IMG/VR virus record: IMGVR_UViG_3300042013_000067
Coordinates: 128,001 to 192,000 of that record
Reading direction: 5' to 3' (one strand)
Origin: a virus
Lineage: Duplodnaviria; Caudoviricetes
Length of the DNA stretch: 64,000 nucleotides
Made by a program: the position numbers and the translations under genes. The notes beneath the pieces are model-generated. The model had not been told where the DNA came from. It saw only the letters and a program-made list of their open reading frames with translations, and ran no database searches. Shown one piece after another: positions 57,443-64,000 of this stretch (position 1 is the first letter of the stretch; each line of letters begins with the position of its first letter).

Positions 57443-57532
57443 GCATGGGGACCTTCGGGTCCCTTATGCCGTCTTTTATTTTTTACTGGATTCCCTAAGC
57501 TATGTATGTAAACACTTACTCAGGGAACCCAC

Positions 57533-57964
57533 ATGAATTGCTTTATCGATTGCGAGTTCAACGGTGGTCATGGCGAACTGATCTCCATGGCTATTGTTAG
57601 CGAGGATGGTCAACGCGTGTTCTACGAAGTTATCGAACACAAGCAGCCTACGGTCGAGTGGGTTGCTGAGCATGTTATTCCGATACTCGACAAGCCTGCT
57701 TTACCACCAGCTATCTTTAAAGAACGTCTGAAGAAGTTCTTGGATGCTTTGCCGAAGCTGACTTTGATCGCTGACCACGCGGCAGACCTCTTCTACTTCA
57801 CTCAGCAAATCATCGGTGCTGAAGGCTGGATGATGATCGAATACCAACTGGATATGCGTGTAGATCCAGCGGTCTCTGCGAAAAAATCCACACGCAAACA
57901 CAATGCTTTAGAAGACGCTAAAGCAGTGCGCCTCTCCTGGCTCCAAATCAACGGCTACATCTGA
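57533..57964 (+). CDS. DEDD-family 3'-5' exo(ribo)nuclease (Rv2179c/RNase AS-like)
   Basis: FIDCEF, LISMAIV..DG..FY, ADHAAD, HNALEDAK. Confidence 0.8.
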   Translation: MNCFIDCEFNGGHGELISMAIVSEDGQRVFYEVIEHKQPTVEWVAEHVIPILDKPALPPAIFKERLKKFLDALPKLTLIADHAADLFYFTQQIIGAEGWMMIEYQLDMRVDPAVSAKKSTRKHNALEDAKAVRLSWLQINGYI

Positions 57965-57992
57965 CCAACAAACTAAAAGGAATTGTTTCCTC

Positions 57993-58703
57993 ATGGCCCA
58001 AGCTACTAAGAAAAAACCACAGACCGGTAAGAACAAAGCCGCCGCCGTCATCATCAGCGACAACCCAACCCGTCGTTCTCGCGCTGAACGGGCTATGGTA
58101 CAACTGACGACTACCAGCTTCCCTCATTACCTGATCGGCAACATCGTTCATGCCATGTCCGAAGGTAACGAGGCTCAGTCCAAACAAGCACTGGACGTTG
58201 AGAACAAGTTCGGTCTGCTGGACTTCGTGCGCAGCCTGACTATCTCGGCTAACGAAACCGGCATGGAATTCACCGTGGGTTGGTTGACTATCGATGGCGT
58301 CAGTACGCGCATCGACAGCCAGTTGGCTCAAGAGCTGACCTTGGCGAACTTCGCTGGCGATAAAGCGGCCCAAGCCAATCTGGCTAAGGACACGGTGTTG
58401 GCCACTCGTTTGGTTGATGTGTTCCACCGCAGTCAAGTGCGCGGCATGACTCGCGTGCATGATATCAAGACCGGTAACTGGCGTCTGGTAGAGAAGCGTC
58501 TGACTGCAGGCAATGGCATCGGCTTGGCAGCCTTGGGCCGTAGCGAAACTGTTTTCGATCTCTCCAGTACTGATGCGGTCAACCTGGTGGTCGATGCATT
58601 GAGTCAAGAGAAGTTCTCCTTGGCGCTGTCCTCGGAAACTATCACGATCGTTCATGGTGACGTCACCAAAGTGATCACCTACGAAGTACCACCGCGCGCT
58701 TAA
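57993..58703 (+). CDS. Hypothetical protein
   Basis: AAGGA RBS; strongly biased codons suggest high expression. Confidence 0.8.
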   Translation: MAQATKKKPQTGKNKAAAVIISDNPTRRSRAERAMVQLTTTSFPHYLIGNIVHAMSEGNEAQSKQALDVENKFGLLDFVRSLTISANETGMEFTVGWLTIDGVSTRIDSQLAQELTLANFAGDKAAQANLAKDTVLATRLVDVFHRSQVRGMTRVHDIKTGNWRLVEKRLTAGNGIGLAALGRSETVFDLSSTDAVNLVVDALSQEKFSLALSSETITIVHGDVTKVITYEVPPRA

Positions 58704-58707
58704 TGGC

Positions 58708-58747
58708 GGACATAGGCCCCTCCCACGATGGGAGGGGCTTTATGCCG
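58708..58747. terminator. Terminator between convergent genes (twin of 4964-5003)
   Basis: GACATAGGCCCCTCCC-ACGAT-GGGAGGGGCTTTATGCCG. Confidence 0.85.
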
Positions 58748-61192
58748 TCACAGTAGACTTATGGTACCGTTGGTATTCAGCTGGTAACGCTTATTACCTT
58801 CGATAGCATTGACGATCCGAGGAGCACCAAAGATGTCGTGGAGTGTAGGCCCGGTTACCGGCGCCCATGCCCCATTGAAGTAGCGGTAAATCCGGTTGTT
58901 CAATACATCCAAAATCACATCACGTCGATATCCGTCACTGAACGCAATGTCTTTGAATGTAGCCCCTGCCTGGGATAACGCACCAAACCCAATAGGGTGC
59001 GCTCCTTTGAACAACGCTAATTCTGGGTAGTCGTTGAGGTTGATAGACATGCTGTATGCCGCGTTATAAACGAGGCTGTTCCACGGGGTTGCTTGGATGG
59101 TGATTAGATCACCACGGCGCATGACCTTTACTCGTTTGTATGCACCGGACCATCCCGCGGTGTCTTCACCAACAACCGCTTTATATTCCTTATAACGTCC
59201 TGTTTGGGCGGCCCAAGTATTCTTAAACTGAAAGTCCGTAGTGATGAGCTGGTTAGGCCATGTCGTGCGCGTGTCATATCCCTTAGCACAACGACAGATA
59301 GCTAGGTCCAGACTATGGTTCTGACCGGTGTCAGGGTCACGAACAAACCCTAGCACCACCGATATCCAATCATCATCACCGGCGGTTGAGGTCAGCGTGA
59401 CTTCAAGGTCATAGTCGAGTACGTTGTAGTCAGAGATGAACCCCACGTAGTTAGGCGTGTTGTTAGGCTGTACAGCAGTGCCTAGGGCTTCGTCCCAGTA
59501 CCAAGCCGCTGCATCACCGGCTGGGGTTACCCCATTAGGGTACCAGTTATCGGCTTCGAAGCGACCCCATTCGTTGAAGATCTGTTGTGGTGTGGGTGGT
59601 ACTAAACGCGATATCGCATCTAGCACGGCCGCACTGGTGTCGTAGGCATAGGCATTCATATCACTGTGGGGAATCAACCCTTTCGTGTAATTACGTACCT
59701 GATACACGTTCTGAGCATGCGACGTCCCGTACACCATCGGATGGAATACCCCAATATCGGATACTACCTTCTCAATGACGCGGTTACGCAACACACCGCT
59801 AGTATAGGGAAAAACGTTACGCACAATCTTAGCCAAGGCATAGAGATCGTAAATGTCGGCTGGGGTGTTACGGGTGATTGAAATCGTTCGACTGTAGGTG
59901 AAGGGCGACGTGATGTCGACCCGCAGTGTGTCACCGGTAATGACCCGCACTGGTTCACCCGCGTACCAGAACGCTTTCGTGCCACCGGCTTCATCGAAGT
60001 AGACTTCACCGACCTTGGTGGTATTGTGGTAGATAGCTCCAGTCAGTGTACCCATACCAGCGGCCACCAACTCTACCGTGGGTTTAGCACGGTAGTTCCA
60101 ACCACAGGCTACGACAGAGACACTGGTCCCACCACTGTCCTTAAACAAGATCGTCTCACCTGTGGCGATATTGTAGACAAAGGTGTAGGTCTCGACCGAC
60201 TCATCCGCTAGCTTGACCAAGAACCGTACTTGGTTAGTCCCTGGGTTGAGTGTGGTGGTGGGCATGGCCCCTGGTGCTATCAACGTAGCTGACTGCACCA
60301 CGACCTTAGACTCGGAAGCGCCTGCCACTATGGACTCAGCATTATCCATGCCATTGTAGAGTGGGTGGTCACCATACGTGGAACGGATGAATCCTACGTT
60401 TACCGGGGACCTGTTGTAGTTCCCGGTAAAGAACGCACCGAAGTTCACGATGATGCGGTTAGCCGTAGCATAGAAACCTTCACCGGCCACGGTGGTAACT
60501 AGGCCGATGTTAGTTTGTACGTTAGTGCCATGGTCGGTGATGAATATAAGACCGTTACCTTGGGCACGGTAGGTGGTGAAATCCGTTACCGAGGCGGGGG
60601 TGATCAGTACATCGTTACCTACGTCATACTGCGTAGACATAAACACCACACCGCAGTACAAGTCAAGTTCTGACAATGCAATGGTGATCTGTGCTCCGTA
60701 GTCGGCGATGTCTTTGAACGTAGGTACGAAACCTGCAATGGTGCAGATGTTAGTTAGACTGGTGAAGAAGCCTTCGGGGTTGGTGTTCTTAACACAATAG
60801 TTCCCTACTGGATCGCTCTTGTCACCAATCACCAATATCTTGTTATTGCCACCGGCCACCTTGGTCGGGTTCGCAATAAACTTCAGGGCGTTGTATAGGT
60901 ACTTAAAGCTACCGGATAGTTCGGCAAAAGTCGCATCGATGGCGGGTGCTTGACTGTTATAGAACTTGGGAAAGCCACCATCATAAACCACACGCCCAGC
61001 CCCATCTTGCGTTATCGCAATGAAAGGGTTGGGTGGGTCGAGCTGATCGTAGGCGATATATTCGGACAGGGCCGGTGGTAACCCATTCACTGTGTAAGCG
61101 ACTTCAACCACAGTAGGGTCAAACGACCAACTGATCGTTTGAGCGCTGGGGTATGCCCCCGGCGCTACGCTTGGAGTGACTTTGTTAACCAT
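58748..61192 (-). CDS. Putative virion fibre/adhesin with a C-terminal lectin-like domain
   Basis: N-terminal PG.Y.SAQ motif, Ig-like-looking middle, C-terminal LTST..DDDWI..V.GF resembling a thrombospondin-C-type lectin fold. Confidence 0.55.
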   Translation of the reverse strand: MVNKVTPSVAPGAYPSAQTISWSFDPTVVEVAYTVNGLPPALSEYIAYDQLDPPNPFIAITQDGAGRVVYDGGFPKFYNSQAPAIDATFAELSGSFKYLYNALKFIANPTKVAGGNNKILVIGDKSDPVGNYCVKNTNPEGFFTSLTNICTIAGFVPTFKDIADYGAQITIALSELDLYCGVVFMSTQYDVGNDVLITPASVTDFTTYRAQGNGLIFITDHGTNVQTNIGLVTTVAGEGFYATANRIIVNFGAFFTGNYNRSPVNVGFIRSTYGDHPLYNGMDNAESIVAGASESKVVVQSATLIAPGAMPTTTLNPGTNQVRFLVKLADESVETYTFVYNIATGETILFKDSGGTSVSVVACGWNYRAKPTVELVAAGMGTLTGAIYHNTTKVGEVYFDEAGGTKAFWYAGEPVRVITGDTLRVDITSPFTYSRTISITRNTPADIYDLYALAKIVRNVFPYTSGVLRNRVIEKVVSDIGVFHPMVYGTSHAQNVYQVRNYTKGLIPHSDMNAYAYDTSAAVLDAISRLVPPTPQQIFNEWGRFEADNWYPNGVTPAGDAAAWYWDEALGTAVQPNNTPNYVGFISDYNVLDYDLEVTLTSTAGDDDWISVVLGFVRDPDTGQNHSLDLAICRCAKGYDTRTTWPNQLITTDFQFKNTWAAQTGRYKEYKAVVGEDTAGWSGAYKRVKVMRRGDLITIQATPWNSLVYNAAYSMSINLNDYPELALFKGAHPIGFGALSQAGATFKDIAFSDGYRRDVILDVLNNRIYRYFNGAWAPVTGPTLHDIFGAPRIVNAIEGNKRYQLNTNGTISLL

Positions 61193-61201
61193 GACTCACC
61201 T

Positions 61202-61570
61202 TTAAGGGAGTTTCTTGAATGGGCGATCGATGCGGACCAATACCGTAGCCGGGGTAGCCCGATACAAACGAACACGGACAGCACCGTTGTCTTTAATGCC
61301 GCTGGTCACGGTCGATTCAGGATCGATGAAATAACTATTGGTATCGGAACCCGCTTGGTCATCCAACAGTTTGCATGTAACACGGGCCGACGTCAGATCG
61401 TACAAGGCATGATCCGTCATCAGGGTCGTCAGGTTGTAATCCTTGGTACTGTTGGGACCGATGGTGACTTGTTCGAATACGAGTGGTTTACCACCGGCCT
61501 TAGCGAAGTGCAACAGCTTCTGGACCATGGTGGTGAACTTAGAGACGAACAGTGCGGATTTAGTAGTCAT
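61202..61570 (-). CDS. Putative virion / fibre-associated protein
   Basis: Co-oriented directly upstream of the fibre gene; beta-rich. Confidence 0.6.
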   Translation of the reverse strand: MTTKSALFVSKFTTMVQKLLHFAKAGGKPLVFEQVTIGPNSTKDYNLTTLMTDHALYDLTSARVTCKLLDDQAGSDTNSYFIDPESTVTSGIKDNGAVRVRLYRATPATVLVRIDRPFKKLP

Positions 61571-61610
61571 TGCTTAACCTCAAAAAGAAAGGGGCCAGTA
61601 GGCCCCGATG

Positions 61611-63797
61611 TTACCAGCCCATGAAGCTGGCGGATTGTACTGGTTCGGTGGGTAGATCACCCTTCATACCGATGTCGAATTTCTTGAAGTGTGAGGATAT
61701 GGCCATGTTAAAGGCCAACACATCGTCGTACTCACCTTGTTGGGCGATCTCCACTTCAAAGTCTTCTACAGACTCAGTGACTGCGAACGGGGACTTGATC
61801 CCCATTATAGCCTCCACTTGCTCCATCGACCAAGCCAAGATCTCCGAAGAACGCGTGGAGATGTTAGGCTTGTCTCCCGTGTCTAAGAACGCTTGGTATA
61901 CAGTGGTCTGGGTGTCAGCACCAATCCGGTGGATCCGGCTGATCGCCTGTTCTTGGATGTAAGCACGGAACGGGGCGTTGATCATGATCATGGTATCAGC
62001 CATAACCAGAGGCACTGCCGTAGACAGCGAGTTGTAGGTCGCGATCAATGGGTTGAGTTTCTCATCCTTCTCGAACTTACCCACAATAGAAGCGAGTTCA
62101 TTGTTGGTCTTACCGTAAACCACGAGAGGACTCATGCCAGCGCTGGTGCATTGTGCCGCGGCAGCGGTCAGTGCTTCAACGAAGCTGGTGAATACCAGAG
62201 TCTTCTTATCGGTGGTGTCGGCAATAGTCTTGAAGTCAAGGTACTTAACCATCTCGACGTGACATTCAATGCGCTTACGACCCAGCACACGACCCAAGCA
62301 CTCACCCTGAATCTTCAGTTTGGTGTACTTGATGATCGACTTGACGTCACGGAAGTCTTTGATCATTTCCTTAGGCAGCGACGGTTCGAAGTAGCGCTTC
62401 TCGTACATGTTGGTGTACGCGATCTCCTCGCCAATGTAACGCGGGTCAGCGGTGGCGATTACCGTCTTCAGGATTTGACGATACTTCTTGTATTCCATCT
62501 TCTGCGCAGCAGCACGCAGTGTGTCTTCATGGAGTACGAGGCAACGTTCCCAAATACGTTCATCATCCTTACGGTGCTTCTTGTAGAACTCGACGCGTTC
62601 CTGAATGAACCCTTCCATCACCTTACGGATAGCATCCAGTGTGTAGAGGTCGCCCGTAGGCATCTTGATCGGTAACCGCTTCATGATCGGCTTGTCGAGC
62701 TTCAGGGCTGACTTCTCGATCTTGTGGGAAATCATCCCCATGCGGTTCTTCAGGATATCAAGACCTTTGTTACCGTCCTTACCGAAGATCTTCTTGAAAC
62801 GTTCTTGTACGCTGTCAGTGAACAACGGATCGAGTACGGTAAGCAGAGGGATGAGCTCAGCACCCATGGCCTTCACGGGCGTACCCGAGGCAGGGATAAT
62901 GTTCTTGCACTGTGTCTTCTTACACAGGTCAATAAACAGCTGGGTCCGTTGGGACTTGATCTCGTTGAGGTTGTGGGATTCATCCAGTACGATGATCATG
63001 TTCTGGCCACTGATGGCATGGCTGTTAACCATGGACATTAGCTTTTCCAGGTACTCGTAATGGCAGATCACGATCCGTTCTTTGTTGTACGGCTTACCGG
63101 ACTCAGAAGTCCAGTAGGTCTGTTCTTTCTTGTACTCTTCCACCACCGTCTTTTGCCAAACGCGTTGTACGGCGTTCTTCGGACAGATGATCAGAATCAA
63201 GTCAGCATCGATACCTTCAGCGACATACAGCGACGCCATGGTCTTACCAGAACCCGCCGCACCGGCTAGCAGATAACCATTGAGACCGTATTGATCGACC
63301 TTAAGGTTATAGTTCTGGAGGAAACCGATTTGGTGTTCCAGTGGTTGTTTGTTGAACCGCTTAAAGTTCTCAAACTTCAAACGACCGACCTGATCGTCGT
63401 TTTCAATGGTGTTCTTCAACCACGTCCGTTCGTACATCATCATGCGGATATTGTTGAGTACCCGCACTGAAACCGCAGCACGTGTCTGAACGAGTTGCTC
63501 TAACATGTAGATAATGTCGAGAGCGAAGAACTTGTCAAAGCTGAAACCATTACGGCCAAACGTATTAAACATGTGCATGGCGATCTTGGATGTCTTCCAC
63601 ACCCGAGCCATGTCACGCTGCATGACATCGGCAGGGATGCCTTCGACCACGATCTCAGTAGCGGTTTCTTTTACGTTGATAGCACCGAAGGCGCGGCGGA
63701 ATCCAGCGAACATTTCGACACTGGGTTGTTCGATTAGGAATGCCGGGTTGAAGTGTAGCTCCCGACCTAGCTGTGGTTCTGAATACGCTGCGTACAT
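61611..63797 (-). CDS. SF2 (SNF2/DEAD-like) helicase (phiKZ gp203-like)
   Basis: Q motif QPLEHQ, AGAAGSGKT, ICPK, VLDESH, ASGTP, LVFTSF, QAISRIHRIG. Confidence 0.92.
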   Translation of the reverse strand: MYAAYSEPQLGRELHFNPAFLIEQPSVEMFAGFRRAFGAINVKETATEIVVEGIPADVMQRDMARVWKTSKIAMHMFNTFGRNGFSFDKFFALDIIYMLEQLVQTRAAVSVRVLNNIRMMMYERTWLKNTIENDDQVGRLKFENFKRFNKQPLEHQIGFLQNYNLKVDQYGLNGYLLAGAAGSGKTMASLYVAEGIDADLILIICPKNAVQRVWQKTVVEEYKKEQTYWTSESGKPYNKERIVICHYEYLEKLMSMVNSHAISGQNMIIVLDESHNLNEIKSQRTQLFIDLCKKTQCKNIIPASGTPVKAMGAELIPLLTVLDPLFTDSVQERFKKIFGKDGNKGLDILKNRMGMISHKIEKSALKLDKPIMKRLPIKMPTGDLYTLDAIRKVMEGFIQERVEFYKKHRKDDERIWERCLVLHEDTLRAAAQKMEYKKYRQILKTVIATADPRYIGEEIAYTNMYEKRYFEPSLPKEMIKDFRDVKSIIKYTKLKIQGECLGRVLGRKRIECHVEMVKYLDFKTIADTTDKKTLVFTSFVEALTAAAAQCTSAGMSPLVVYGKTNNELASIVGKFEKDEKLNPLIATYNSLSTAVPLVMADTMIMINAPFRAYIQEQAISRIHRIGADTQTTVYQAFLDTGDKPNISTRSSEILAWSMEQVEAIMGIKSPFAVTESVEDFEVEIAQQGEYDDVLAFNMAISSHFKKFDIGMKGDLPTEPVQSASFMGW

Positions 63798-63861
63798 GGC
63801 GCGCCCTATGTTCTAATGTAGTTAGACTATAAAATTAGCTTCTTTTGCCGTGCATGTATTC

Positions 63862-64000
63862 TATGTACGAGGTTACGACAGTAGCCAGGCAGGAGGTGAT
63901 CCAGATCTCGCGGTTGTTTCCGACCCCCGAGCCGCTAATGACAACGCTGCGAAGCCATCGTCGGGCGGCTCATAGGTTCCTTGTACGCCCCAATAGGGTC
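63862..64000 (+). ncRNA. Candidate ncRNA carrying a 14-nt complement to the 16S rRNA 3' end (truncated by the window edge)
   Basis: AGGAGGTGATCCAG at 63891-63904; hairpin GAGCCGC/GCGGCTC; begins at a TATG late-promoter-like site. Confidence 0.45.

Noticed and set aside
1-64000. CRISPR array, DGR, retron, integrase or IS elements, and stop-codon reassignment
   Set aside because: No regularly spaced repeats and no RT or transposase motifs were seen. Core genes are full length under the standard code, using TAA, TGA and TAG as stops.

Overview
This is a 64 kb segment of a phiKZ-related, nucleus-forming jumbo phage (Chimalliviridae-like). The host is probably a Pseudomonas or related gammaproteobacterium, which is inferred and not shown directly. 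The conserved core carries four virion RNA polymerase subunits, a RecA/UvsX recombinase, an SbcC/Rad50 ATPase, RNase H, a central spike plus PAAR protein, internal head proteins, the prohead protease, a 2316-aa tail protein with a lytic transglycosylase domain, thymidylate kinase and an SF2 helicase. Accessory blocks contain early-promoter-driven small membrane proteins, a clear Tad1-like anti-Thoeris sponge protein, RtcB, tRNA-Asn(GTT) and tRNA-Lys(TTT). The most unusual content is non-coding. Three unexplained structured RNA candidates cluster with tRNA-Asn and rtcB at 49.4-50.3 kb, one of them a tRNA-like RNA with two T-loops. A long structured leader lies at about 45.05-45.49 kb. At the right edge, a probable ncRNA carries a 14-nt perfect complement to the 16S rRNA 3' end with no start codon at a usable distance. 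All assignments come from motif recognition, recalled phiKZ synteny and pairing by hand; no database searches or folding programs were run.
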